NCBI GenBank assembly: GCA_964035575.1
Contig: OZ037841.1
Coordinates: forward strand, 1,178,001 to 1,242,000
Reading direction: 5' to 3'
Source of the DNA: Rhynchopus sp. YZ270_cl-10
Lineage: Eukaryota
DNA: 64,000 bases
Shown here: positions 26,472 through 37,833 of the stretch, piece after piece
How the letters are laid out: the number at the start of each line of letters is the position of its first letter
How positions within the stretch are numbered: position 1 is the stretch's first letter
Notes under the pieces: generated by a model
The model's database searches: none
Seen by the model: the letters and a program-made list of their open reading frames with translations, nothing else
What the model was told of the DNA's origin: nothing
Translations under genes and position numbers: made by a program

Positions 26472-27501
26472 AAAAAATGGATTTTTTTTTTCGGGGTGTT
26501 TTTATGGTGGATCAAATGCGATCTTATTTTTTTTTCAGTATTTTTTGGATACTCACTTTGAGGGAAGGGGAGGCCCCCCTCCTTGATTCATAGTTTCATT
26601 TTATTTTTTTCGACTGAGATGCGTTTTTGGCTCGTTTCAACTCTTTTTTTTTTTTTTTTTGGCAGTTATTTGATTGTTTTGCCATCATCCTGTATGATCC
26701 TAGTTTTGTTTGAATTTTTTTTTACTTTAAGTGGTCCTTGCTTTGAGGTTGACTTACAATTGCATTTTACAGTCCTTAGGCTTTAAGTTTGCGTAAAAAT
26801 GGGGGGGGATAAGAAGTGTGTGTGTATCATTTTTCCACTAAAAGGGAGAACCTAACAGAGTGCCGTTGTGAACTAAAAACCATACGCACTTTCTCTCTCT
26901 TTTTGATTTTGATTTTATTTTAAAAGTGTTCCCTCCTCTATTCAGACTTAGGGTCATCTTCGAAGTCTTTTGTTTTATTTGGTGAATTTGTTTTGTAGAT
27001 GTGTGTGCACGACTGGCATCCATCTTTCAAGATTTGTTTTATTAGACAAAAAGCAGAGGCTTAGAGGAATGAGCTAAGCATTTCGTTTTTCTTTTCTTTT
27101 TTTCTTCTTTTCTTTTCTTTTGAATTTTGAATTTTCTTTCTTTTTAACGCCTTCTTTAAATATGACTGCAACTATGAGTGGTGTTACGGAACACCTATCA
27201 AGGACGTGTCAAGGACATATCAATATAGGAACCCTCCGGAACACCAATTAGGCTTAAAATATAAAATTTTGAAAGCTGTTTCGGGGTGCAACCAATGAAA
27301 TGGTCACTCCACGGGGATGTGAAAAAAGCGGTGTACCTATACGGTATCGTTACCCGCATTAGGTCTCCTAGGCTCCTAACAGCCTCTGGACGACTGAACA
27401 CTAGTAGGTGCTATCTGCACAGAAGGCGGTAGCTCTTTTCAACCTTTCAACCTTTCAAAGCAATCTCAACATGGGATACCCAACTCCTTTTTTTCCGTAA
27501 A

Positions 27502-27861
27502 GGGAAGGCTCGTTTTTCCTTTTAATGTTACAAAGTAACAATAAACCATTTTTCCCGGTGACCCCCCCCTCCCCACCCCCTATGTTACACGGAAAAACCG
27601 TTTTTCCGAATTTTCATTTATTGTAACAACAAGGCGCAGTGGACGTGCACATCCGAAAACACCCGCATTTGCATTTCCGGAATCCGTCCGCACTGTGGTG
27701 GGGTCAATCTGCCGAAATGGACAAGTTCTTGTTGTTGGAAAAAGCCACTTTTTCCCGCCATTGTTACAAAAAAAAAAAGTTTTTTCCCCGGATTTCGGTC
27801 GGACCCCCTCCCCCCCCTTTATTGTTACTTTGTAACATTAAATGGAAAAACGAGCCTTCCC
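27502..27861. mobile_element. MITE (360 bp) with ~43-bp imperfect TIRs, possibly PIF/Harbinger-like
   Basis: GGGAAGGCTCGTTTTTCC-TTTTAATGTTACAAAGTAACAATAAA, with its near reverse complement ending at 27861. Possible 3-bp TSD AAA (weak). Confidence 0.7.
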
Positions 27862-28748
27862 AAAGCCATTTTTTTTGGCCTATTTAGGGAGCTTTTTCTC
27901 TGGCACTTCTCAAATTTTTTAAAGGTAACTAAGCACAGAGAGGCTTTTTTTTTTTTTTACTCCAACTTCTCCTTGTTTTTTAAACGTTCATTATTTGAAA
28001 ATGCTCTGTCTGGAGTGGCTATTTTTTGCACCATTGACTTCACCGTTAAAATTATGTGCACGAAAGACACATGTCATCATTTCACGCTTTTTTACATAGA
28101 GGGTACCGGCGGGACCCATGGCGGTACCCTGAAAAAAAAACACTCTGCCTGTCCGAGTTTCACCCGCAGACCCTCGCAACTCGGTCATGTTGACCTTGCT
28201 TGCTTTATACGATGTATGTACCCCTGGTAAGAAGACAGGCAATTTTATGAACGTGCACCGCACCAAATTGGGTTATTTTTTTAGTGACTTTGTACGTGAG
28301 GCTTGGATCATTGTTCTTGGCGTTTTTTAAAACTATTTTTTTTTTGTGGTGCACGAAAGGCACATCAATGATTCATTCAATTTTTCTCCTCCTTTTCTCC
28401 TCCCAGCCGTCCTATCCGTGGCCTCCGTCAGATGCGCGCCCCCTAGAGATTCACAACCCCCAAGCAACGAGTAACCGGTGATTTCGTGTCACCAGGGCAT
28501 CCTCCAGGGCACGAGGAGCGTAATGTTGCCGTCCCCTTGGAGAACGTTTTCGCACAGGGTTGTGACCTATGGTGGGTGTCACTGTCAAAAGCAGTCTTTC
28601 TTTAGTTGAGACTTGTCAATGAGGTCTAATTCTTTCGATGTGTGTGCACAAGAGACACATTCATCTTGTCACGTCTTTTTTTTTGCGAGATGGATGCATC
28701 AAACGGGCATTCACCCTCCCAGTTGCAGCATCTTCAAAATGCAAAGCC

Positions 28749-28939
28749 TGGTGCTTTTCGGGGGGGGGGGGGGTTTTCACAACGTTTTCACAACGTTTTC
28801 ACAACGTTTTCACCCACATAGTTGTGAAAAGGATTGAAATTTTATAGGGATTTCAATCCTATCCACAACTTTTTTCACAACTATGTGGGTGTGAAATGTT
28901 GTGAAACGTTGTGAAACCCCGCCCCCCCGAAAAAGCACA
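28749..28939. mobile_element. Palindromic MITE of the TGGTGCT-ended family
   Basis: Left TGGTGCTTTTCGGGGG..TTTCACAACG, right CGTTGTGAAACCCC..CCCCGAAAAAGCACA. Internal TTCACAA/TTGTGAA repeats as in the 44481 element. TSD degenerate (AAGCC / AAACC). Confidence 0.65.
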
Positions 28940-30547
28940 AAACCAGGAAATTTTTTTTAAAAAAGGCTTTTCTACTTCGCGAAACCAATCTTCTTGGGTG
29001 ATATGTGCAATGAGTCATATCCATCTCTTTCCACTATACTTTAGTGTGCTCGACTCCACCCGATGTTCGTGAGCACCTTTTTTTTTTTTTTTGTCTGATC
29101 CAGTTTTGTTTAGTTTGTCACTTCCAACTTATTTCATTGTGTTATGTCCTTTTTGAATTTTTTTTTTGGCCTCAAAGAGGTTTCCTCTTAGCCAGGTAGT
29201 CAGTGGGAGCGTATTGGAGTAATAAAAATATCACCACATCACAGAATATTTATTACACACTTTACGCACCAAAGTGCCTGCGTCACAGGTGCCTGCAATA
29301 ACAACGTTACCCCTTTTTCTGAAGGTGACAGCAAAGCACTCTGCGAGGTTCGGCTTCCAAATCAATGAATAAATGATTTATGTTCGGTCAGGTTTCCCCC
29401 TCTAGATCTGTGCATCATCCTCTCGTGGGTGGGATGCCCAATTGGGTCGGCGAAGACCCCATTTTTTGACAACCCTCTTTTCTTTCCCGTGCCTGCGTCC
29501 CAGCGTTTGCACAAATATCAACTTCACCTTTTTATATTTCACTCAAAATTTAGACAGTTGCGTTGAATGCTGCAGTGGCAGCTGCTGCGAATGCAAAAAA
29601 CAAATTATTCTTTCATCAATTAAAAGTAAACATGCTCTATGGGGGGTTCAGGATGAACTACATCCTTTCCCCTTCCACATTACAAAGGCTGTCAGCCGGC
29701 ATTGAGTGCCCTCACCCCACTAAGATGGGGTCCGACAACAACAAAAAAAATGCTCTCAAAAATTTCTGAGATAGCTCCAAAAGAAAATGTCACCCATTCT
29801 AAGGGCCATTATAATAGAAAAAAAACATATATATGAGAACGAGGCTTTGCCAATCCCCCCTCCTATTTCTCCCTGAAAAAAAAATACCAGAATTAAATTT
29901 CCTTTTTTTTTCAAACCCCCTATTTTTCCCCTGCGAAACTTTGAAAACAATTAACGAAAGGAATGTATGTATGAGTCCCATTGCTTATGAGACAGATTCC
30001 ATCTATTTTTTTTTGTTGGCCTGCCTGCCCCCCCCAGGCCTAAGGGGGTAGGGAGGAATGTTGCGTAGGTGTGCATAGACCCCTTTTCCATTCCTTATCT
30101 TTTTTGAGTCCCGACTGGTGGACAAAAAGCTCCGTCTTTCGATTGAAAATATTTATCTTAATCATTGAGTGTGCAAAGCTGCGTTACGCTTCAAGATGCC
30201 TGCCGTGGCGGTTCTGTCCTACATAATTTGTGTCAGCGCGCATCTCCCGGGTGCGCTGTATGAGGTCCGTACATCCTTCTCTCTCAGGCTGTCTTTGAAG
30301 GAATTTACCTCCGTTAAAACCTGCTTTTTATGGGGAAGCGACCACGGTACGCCTTCGCGATGTGCAACGGTGTCCATGAAAAGCTAGGTGAATCTCATAA
30401 ATTTTATATTTTGTCTGTTGTTGTCTTTATTGTTGTTATTGCTTTTATTGTTTTTTGCGGTGGGGTAAACTATAAGAAGGGAAAGGAGTGCGGGTTTCAA
30501 TTTTTTTTGAGCTTTTCTTTGTTTTTTTTTGTTCAATTATTAATCTA

Positions 30548-30941
30548 GGGGAGCCTATACCGGTAATTTAGGCTCCTTTTGATTTTAAATAAAAATTACT
30601 AAGTCTTTTTTGACCTACGACCCCGGCAATGCATTTTTTGGGACTCTGTGGACTCAAATGAGCAAAAATTTAAACAAAATGCTGCCCGTTGGCACATTTA
30701 AACGCACATTTTGTTGAAAATTGTCATTTTACACTGGATTTGCCTTTGCCATTTTCAGTTTTTTTGCAGATTTTTTTCAAAAAAAAATTTGAAGAAAAAA
30801 GGCTCAAAAGTGCCTGAAACCCGGCGGAAAGTGATTTTTGGTGAGGTATATAGGGTAGTTTCATCTATTTTTGGGTTTTTTTGCCGAAAGGCGCCAAATT
30901 TTCCGAGCCAAATGAAGGAATAGCCGGTGCATAGGCCCCCC
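30548..30941. mobile_element. MITE with short GGGG(A)GCCTAT TIRs, TA-flanked
   Basis: TA|GGGGAGCCTATACCGG ... CCGGTGCATAGGCCCCCC|TA; the termini resemble those of the 62294-63538 element. Confidence 0.55.
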
Positions 30942-31185
30942 TAATTAATCACTTATTACTAATCACAATCGCCTTGCCTATGAGGTTATTGGTTCCGTTA
31001 TTTGGCGTACACTTGCATTGGCTCTTCTGAGTGGAAGGTGTAAGGTGCCACGGTTTTTCGTGATGGCGTAATGTCATAGCGTTGGCTGTGGGTCAAACAT
31101 CTTACATCAAGACCTGTGCTCTATCAACGATGGTAATGGCACCCTCCCTTTTGAGGTGAGCAAGATAACTATTATCTCTTTTTTT

Positions 31186-31369
31186 CTTTTCTTGAATCAC
31201 TAAATCATGTTGTCCCCCCTTCCCGGTCAGGGTGGGGTAATGACTGTATACCTGCTTACAGCTTCCCTGTAAACCAAACTCAAGCGCAACACTCCGGGGT
31301 TCGATAACCCGCGGAATGTCAGTGCCTGCGTCCCAGAGGCGTTTGCACTATCAACTTCACTTTTTTTTT
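31186..31369 (+). mobile_element. 5'-truncated copy of the LINE 3' end (175 bp + T9)
   Basis: Matches 10015-10189 with 3 substitutions; T-runs on both sides. Confidence 0.95.
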
Positions 31370-32225
31370 GGGTGTCAATGTCTGTAGAGATGTTTTACGC
31401 TTTTAACGCGTCTCCCCCCCTTTTTTTTCTATTTTTTATGGCGGAAGATGGGACCATTTTTGATCCCTCCTGCTAATTTTATTGAATGCATGTTGAAAAA
31501 AAAAATACTATTCTTATGCTTTGTTTGCTTTCATCCGGATGGGCTGGCATCAATCAACTATTCCTTTTTTCACTTCGTAGTTAGGTTTGTTTTCCCTCAC
31601 CCCCCCGCCTCCTTGTGGAGTAAAAGCTCGAACTTTTTTTACCCCCTCTCTCTCTCTCTCTCGCTCTGTCCCCCCATCTGCACACCAATTTGTTGTTATC
31701 TGTTTTATACTCTACATCTCTCAGGCTATGTGAGTCGGCTCTTCTTCTCAAGAGCGCAGCGATACTAAGCGCATTGTCAGTGAGGAATGAAAGACATTAG
31801 CGTGCCACTGCTCATTTTCTGTTGCAGGAAAGAAGAAAAGAAAAGAAAAAAAATCGGAATTTGAATCAAGAAGAAAATAAAGTGGAAGCACCTAGTGTGC
31901 CGTTATTTCAAAACCAAAAAAACGAAAGTTTCGAAAAAAAAACCTTAGTTAAGAATTTTGTCAAAAAGAAACGAAAAAACATAAAAGAAAAAGAAAAAGA
32001 AAACCCCTTTTTTAGGTTTGTTTCCCCACACCATCTTGTCTCACCACTCATCCCACCCACACAACCTTCCTCCACCACAGTGACATATTCCTCCTCGTAC
32101 ACGCTTTTTACCTGGTTTCTTTCCCTAACAACAAAACGTTGTGAGACACATCGGGGCCTTTTCCCATAGAAAAGCGTTCTTGGGTCTCTCTCCTCTGCGC
32201 TCTGCTCCGTGCGCCTGCTGCAGTG

Positions 32226-35200
32226 ATGCTGCATCGTGTGTGCGTCGTGCTTGCCGTGCTTGGGGTGCGGCAGTGTGTGGCGGTGCCGACCCTGCTCGCA
32301 GACTGTGGATGCTCTGCGTCATCTCATGAAGAACATGGCCTGCAGGGGTCCTTCTATACAGGCCCAGGCACAACGGGACTGTCGAACCTGCCCGACCTGT
32401 CGGCATCTGGGGCGCTGCGGTCAGCGGGTGCAGAATACGTGGTGCACGAGGACACGATCGACTACGACGAAGTGTCGTCCACATGGTCGACGGTTCCAAG
32501 CATAGTTCAGTCCGCATTCGCAGATGTACATGAGGGCTGTCTGTTTGTGACTGTCGCAGGAGCATACACCATTAGTGCGGAGTCCAACGACGGATCAAGG
32601 GTGCTGCTCTCAGGCGACAGGATCGTGAACAACGACGGTGCACACACCATGACAAAGGTTACGTCCTCTCCGATCAACCTAGCTGTCGGCTATTATGAGA
32701 TACAGCTGCAGCACTTCCAAAATGGAGGCACGGCAGGGCTCAAGCTCAGATGGGAGACGCCCATCGGGTCCGTGGAGATCATCCCTAAGGCAAACCTTGT
32801 GTACTGCCTAGAAAATACGCCGTCGCCAAGCACGAATGCACCACCAACGGCGGAACCAACCACAGCGCCCACGGCTTCACCCACAGCAGTGCCGACTGCA
32901 TCACCGACCGCAGTACCCACAGCAGTACCGACTGCATCACCAACAGCAGTACCAACAGCAGTACCCACAGCAGTACCGACAGCAGTGCCGACTGCATCAC
33001 CGACCGCAGTACCCACAGCAGTACCAACTGCATCACCAACAGCAGTACCAACAGCAGTGCCGACTGCATCACCTACAGCAACACCAACAACGTTTTCAGC
33101 ATCCCCACCACCTACAGCAGCGCCCACGGCGTCACCAACTGCAACACCAACAGCTGTGCCCACAGCCGTGCCAACTGCTGTGCCAACAGCCGTGCCAACA
33201 GCAGTACCAACAGCAACACCAACAGCCGTGCCCACAGCCGTGCCAACTGCAGTACCAACAGCTGTGCCAACTGCTGTGCCAACTGCTGTGCCAACTGCCG
33301 TGCCAACAGCAGTACCAACAGCAACACCAACAGCTGTGCCCACAGCAGTGCCAACTGCAGTACCAACAGCAACACCAACAGCCGCGCCAACAGCTGCGCC
33401 AACTGCCGTGCCAACTGCAATACCAACAGCCGTGCCAACAGCTGTACCAACTGCAGTACCAACAGCAGCACCAACGACAGCACCGGCCACATCGGCACCT
33501 GCAACAGACGCACCCAGCACTTTATCACCACCGACCACGCCACCGACACAGCTTCCCGTGGGCGAGACGTTTGCACCACCCACACCTGCTCCGGCAACAC
33601 CCGCACCTGCCACACCTGCACCCGCCACCACTGCACCTGCCACTTCAGCACCCACGACAACTGCCCCTGCCACACCTGCACCTGCAACAGACGCACCCAG
33701 CACCCCATCGCCACCGACCACGCCACCGACACAGCTTCCTGTGGGACAGACGTTTGCGCCGCCAACACCTGCTCCGGCAACGACGGCACCTGCCACTACC
33801 GCACCTGCCACACCTGCACCGGCTACTGAGGCACCTCCTACGAGCGCACCTGTGACATCTGCACCACTGACTGTGGCACCTGATACGGCTGTGCCGACTG
33901 CACTGCCGACGGACGAGCCGATGCCTGTTGTACCGACTGACACGCCATCCACACCATCGCCAGCGACATCTGCCCCGTACACACCAGCACCTGACACAGT
34001 GGCACCTGCGTTGGAGGCGGCAGCAACAGCACAGAACACAACACCTGCAGCACCACAGATGCAGCTCAGCCCTGTGAGCAGGGAACTGCTGTCTGCAGTG
34101 CAGCATGGACCTGGGTCACTCGCGGTTGTGACAGGCTCGTTGGCATGCTTGACTGGAGAGGATGAGATGCTGGAACTCCCTTGGTTGCTGCACCCAACAC
34201 AGATGAAGATTCTTGACTCGGTCCACGCAGGATGTGTCATAGGGAACCTCATTGTCTTTGCGGCGTGGTATGCTGCAGTTGCCTTGGGCACAATGGTGCT
34301 GTCCTTTGTGTACAAGTCGAAGGGGCGGATCGATGCTTGGGACGCAGCTTCGGTGAGGCTGCGGTTTCCTTCGTGCGGTTCGCTTGCACCGCTGTTCTTC
34401 CTTGCAGGGAGCTTTGACAGTGCCTTTGAGCTCTTGACCGGTGGCGAATCTAACCTGGATGCACGCCACTACGCCATAGGCGTGGCAGGCATGGTGTACA
34501 GCTGCGCCATTCTGTTCTATCTCTGGGCCGGGTGCTGGAAGTCACGCTTCCACTCCTACATCAGAACCGTCAACTTCGACCCTTCAGCGAACACCCGAGC
34601 AGTACGCTACGTCTTTGGCAACGAAATATGGACGAGTCTCCGGTACAACCATTCTGAGCGTGAGGGCGTCATTTTTGAAAACTACTCCGAGAACAAAAAG
34701 TACTGGGTGACACAGCAGGGACGCTATGCCTTGGTTGAGGTGGGGCAGATCCCTATCCTCATTGCTGTGGCGATCATCCATGTCGACACGTGGGTTGGGT
34801 GTGCAGGAAAGGCCTTTGGGCTGTGCGTCATCTACGCACTGCTTGCCGCCTCTGTTATCATCCAGCGCCCGTTCATCCCACCTATGCTGCACCACGTCAG
34901 CATTGTGATGAATGTCTGCCCTGCTCTGGGGATGCTTCTTTATGGGATTATCTTTGCGTCGCAGCAGGCGATGGCGCCGGCTGCGTTTGTTGCGAACTTA
35001 ATGTTCTTTGTTGGTCTCATCTTCAACTTGATACGAAACCTATACGACGTGATGACCTACGCATTTGACCTTGCGGACTACAACGTCAAGCTTATGTACG
35101 AAGAATCTGACAAGACATTGGTGGACATGGAGGGGGGTGAAAGCGACGTTACAATGATGCCTCTGGGTGCCACAGACATCATGTCAATGACCTCTGAGGG

Positions 35201-35435
35201 GGATACGTCCTTTACGAATAGAGATGGCTTTACGTCAACGCCGTACCTGCCCCCCCTCATCGGCAGCTCTTCGGCAAGCGAAGATGTGCCGTCGTTGCTG
35301 CACTCCCCCAGTGGCGGCGTCGGTCGTGGCTCGTTCTTGCACTCCAGCTCCCATGTCTCATCACCCTTATCTGCCTCCCGCCTTCTCGGCGTCAAATCAG
35401 CAACTAGAGGCGCCCGAAGATATTCCCAGCACTAA
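32226..35435 (+). CDS. Surface protein: signal peptide, PA14-like domain, long Pro/Thr/Ala mucin-like stalk, ~7-TM domain
   Basis: PA14-type pattern (GLQGSFY..TIDY..GCLFVTVAGAYT..SNDGSRVLL..IVNNDGAH..GYYEIQLQHFQNGGTAGLKLRWE), (PTAV)n and TPAP repeats, then LPWLLHP..GCVIGN and several hydrophobic helices. ATG at 32226 follows ctgcAG. Confidence 0.88.
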   Translation: MLHRVCVVLAVLGVRQCVAVPTLLADCGCSASSHEEHGLQGSFYTGPGTTGLSNLPDLSASGALRSAGAEYVVHEDTIDYDEVSSTWSTVPSIVQSAFADVHEGCLFVTVAGAYTISAESNDGSRVLLSGDRIVNNDGAHTMTKVTSSPINLAVGYYEIQLQHFQNGGTAGLKLRWETPIGSVEIIPKANLVYCLENTPSPSTNAPPTAEPTTAPTASPTAVPTASPTAVPTAVPTASPTAVPTAVPTAVPTAVPTASPTAVPTAVPTASPTAVPTAVPTASPTATPTTFSASPPPTAAPTASPTATPTAVPTAVPTAVPTAVPTAVPTATPTAVPTAVPTAVPTAVPTAVPTAVPTAVPTAVPTATPTAVPTAVPTAVPTATPTAAPTAAPTAVPTAIPTAVPTAVPTAVPTAAPTTAPATSAPATDAPSTLSPPTTPPTQLPVGETFAPPTPAPATPAPATPAPATTAPATSAPTTTAPATPAPATDAPSTPSPPTTPPTQLPVGQTFAPPTPAPATTAPATTAPATPAPATEAPPTSAPVTSAPLTVAPDTAVPTALPTDEPMPVVPTDTPSTPSPATSAPYTPAPDTVAPALEAAATAQNTTPAAPQMQLSPVSRELLSAVQHGPGSLAVVTGSLACLTGEDEMLELPWLLHPTQMKILDSVHAGCVIGNLIVFAAWYAAVALGTMVLSFVYKSKGRIDAWDAASVRLRFPSCGSLAPLFFLAGSFDSAFELLTGGESNLDARHYAIGVAGMVYSCAILFYLWAGCWKSRFHSYIRTVNFDPSANTRAVRYVFGNEIWTSLRYNHSEREGVIFENYSENKKYWVTQQGRYALVEVGQIPILIAVAIIHVDTWVGCAGKAFGLCVIYALLAASVIIQRPFIPPMLHHVSIVMNVCPALGMLLYGIIFASQQAMAPAAFVANLMFFVGLIFNLIRNLYDVMTYAFDLADYNVKLMYEESDKTLVDMEGGESDVTMMPLGATDIMSMTSEGDTSFTNRDGFTSTPYLPPLIGSSSASEDVPSLLHSPSGGVGRGSFLHSSSHVSSPLSASRLLGVKSATRGARRYSQH
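32845..34010 (+). repeat. 12-bp (PTAV) and 15-bp (TPAPA) coding minisatellites
   Basis: CCAACAGCAGTA-type 12-mers, then GCACCTGCCACACCT-type 15-mers. Confidence 0.9.
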
Positions 35436-35870
35436 AAGGAACAACGCAATCGACCCCAATGAATAGAGATGGGGATTTGTTGTGATATAGTTGAGAAGGG
35501 TTGTTTGGTGGGGTTTTAAAATGTGTGAGAAGTTTAAATTAAAGCCAAGGATTGTGGTGCGCTGCATAACTTCCTTTTAGGTTTTTGCCCCCCCCCTATT
35601 TTGCGGGGGCAATGCGGGGTTTCCAACGGGCGGTTTTGACTACAGTTGTCAGGGGTCTCAACGTGTCGAAATAAGCCTTCATTTCTACAAAAGAAATAGG
35701 GAAGGCTGAGACTCCTGACAGTTGCCCCTCTCCCCGGGCGCCTTGCTGATTCTTTTTCTAATTGAAATGAAAGAAGAAATAGAAACAAAGCATTTTGAAC
35801 ACACTTGCGGTTCTAGAGACGAACCGCTGCAAAGCCACTCCTCACCAAACAGGTCGTTTTTTTTTTTTTA

Positions 35871-35983
35871 TTCCTACGAAGCTTGCTTTAAAGGGGAAAT
35901 AGTATTACCGGTACGGTCGCCAATCATCCCTCAAACAGGAGGATTGTGCAATCAACGAAAAAAACCTTTTTTCCTTTTACTTA
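35871..35983 (+). repeat. Dispersed ~120-bp repeat (second copy ~40601-40725), here split by the 35984-38194 insertion
   Basis: TTCCTACGAAGCTTGCTTTAAAGGGGAAATAGTATT..CAAACAGGAGGATT..TGCAATCAACGAAA occurs in both copies. The continuation CCTACCGATCCTA is at 38197 here and is contiguous in the 40601 copy. Confidence 0.88.
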
Positions 35984-36916
35984 CTGTAAAATCGTTTAAT
36001 TTGTCACAATTTAATTAACTGATTTGAAATATCAGTCATAAATAAACTTTGTCACACCCTAATAATATGTGTCACATTAAATGATGATTTAATTTATGTT
36101 TATGGTTATTTTTGTGTCTACTTTTTAAAGTACGCGATGCTTTTCGCTCCCTGAGTACAAAAAAAGTTTAAAAAAATGTTTCCACCTCACCTTCCCACTT
36201 TTGAAATGAGGGCAGTCTCTCAACTGTAACCTCCAAAACCCCTTCTTAGCATGTAGCCGTGCACCGTGACGCGGACTACCCCTTTGAAGGTTCTTTTCTT
36301 CCTTAAAGTTGCTCTTAAGGGTTCAGGACGAACTACGTCTATACCTTCCGTAGTAAAGGCTTCGGCCAACTTTGAATACAAACCCGAATTCTCCCACCTG
36401 GTGGGATTACTCGGCGATTGTCGACACAACAAAAAGTACTTTTCTGTTCTGTGTTCGTCTCGATGTCAGCCAGTAGAGAAAGCGTTGTCTCCTGTGCTCC
36501 GCACAGCCCCCTTTCAACCGTCTACAGCGTCTTCTCACACCTGACCACCCTTCCCACTACAGCCTCCCCATATGTGGTCCCAAAACATAATTAAATCATC
36601 ATAAAAATGTGTCACTTATATAATATGGGTCAGTCCATAAACCACCCCCCCCAAAAGGTAACCTGGGGTCCTTATTTTTATTTCCTCTGGGTTCTACTGG
36701 GACTTTCTCCCCAATTTTTTTTTAAATGAACTCAGAGTTAAGTTTCTGGGTTCAATAAAAAAAACGACGAGCAAAAAGTCCAATTGGAAATTTGATGGAT
36801 ACCCCCCGAGAGCAAAATAAACCAACGGTAAAAATTGGTACCCTTGGTTTCCTATAGGTTCCTATAGGAAACCTACATTTTCCCATAATTTCCCACACAA
36901 CTTACTTGACAACAGG

Positions 36917-37339
36917 ATGAAAACAAATACAAAAATGGCAAAAGTGAGTAAAACCGTGCAAGGGGCACTGGACTTTGCTAGGGCTCTGGGGGAAACGCAG
37001 TTCTCAGGGGAGAAGACTCGCAAGGAGGTTCTTGCCTACGCGAAGGCACGCAGTTGTTACCGTAGGGGTTTCCGGGAAGACGTGTGGTTCAAAGCTTTAT
37101 GGAAAGCGAGAGGAATATCCCTCATCCTTCACAGGAAGAACACCACCCGTGGGGGACGCGCGGTCCAACTGTATTTCTGCAGTAACCTGGATGAGTGTGT
37201 GGGTGTGCCATCAGAAGGTACGGAGGAGGAGGAGGATGAGGAGGAGGAGGAGGAAGAGGAAGGTCTGCCTGATATTGTGCCAGGAAAGGAGCCGAAATGT
37301 CGTGATGTCGATTTGCTGAAGGAGTGGGTCCAAGCTTGA
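36917..37339 (+). CDS. Hypothetical 140-aa protein (basic N-half, poly-Glu tract), probably a truncated gene fragment; left-arm copy
   Basis: ATG ORF after ..acaacAG, with coding-like composition within AT-rich DNA. No family recognised. Confidence 0.45.
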   Translation: MKTNTKMAKVSKTVQGALDFARALGETQFSGEKTRKEVLAYAKARSCYRRGFREDVWFKALWKARGISLILHRKNTTRGGRAVQLYFCSNLDECVGVPSEGTEEEEDEEEEEEEEGLPDIVPGKEPKCRDVDLLKEWVQA

Positions 37340-37407
37340 TGAGTGCAGTGTTGGGGGATTTCTTGTTCCGGGTCGTGAACGTAACCCTCGCTTCCATATT
37401 CTCAAGC

Positions 37408-37833
37408 TTAGACCCACTCCTTCAGCAAATCGACATCACGACATTTCGGCTCCTTTCCTGGCACAATATCAGGCAGACCTTCCTCTTCCTCCTCCTCCTC
37501 CTCATCCTCCTCATCCTCCTCCTCCTCCGTACCTTCTGATGGCACACCCACACACTCATCCAGGTTACTGCAGAAATACAGTTGGACCGCGCGTCCCCCA
37601 CGGGTGGTGTTCTTCCTGTGAAGGATGAGGGATATTCCTCTCGCTTTCCATAAAGCTTTGAACCACACGTCTTCCCGGAAACCCCTACGGTAACAACTGC
37701 GTGCCTTCGCGTAGGCAAGAACCTCCTTGCGAGTCTTCTCCCCTGAGAACTGCGTTTCCCCCAGAGCCCTAGCAAAGTCCAGTGCCCCTTGCACGGTTTT
37801 ACTCACTTTTGCCATTTTTGTATTTGTTTTCAT
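37408..37833 (-). CDS. Hypothetical 141-aa protein; right-arm mirror copy
   Basis: Same protein as 36917-37339 with 3 extra acidic residues and a CAA>TAA change two codons before the shared TGA. Confidence 0.45.
   Translation of the reverse strand: MKTNTKMAKVSKTVQGALDFARALGETQFSGEKTRKEVLAYAKARSCYRRGFREDVWFKALWKARGISLILHRKNTTRGGRAVQLYFCSNLDECVGVPSEGTEEEEDEEDEEEEEEEEGLPDIVPGKEPKCRDVDLLKEWV

Noticed and set aside
27193..27409. Possible TIR element CACCTA..TAGGTG
   Set aside because: Only 6 bp of inverted match and no TSD.
32693..34315. 540-aa minus-strand ORF, and similar antisense ORFs over the Cys-rich, LRR (50521-52191) and LINE genes
   Set aside because: Shadow frames of repetitive or GC-rich + strand genes; no independent domain signal.
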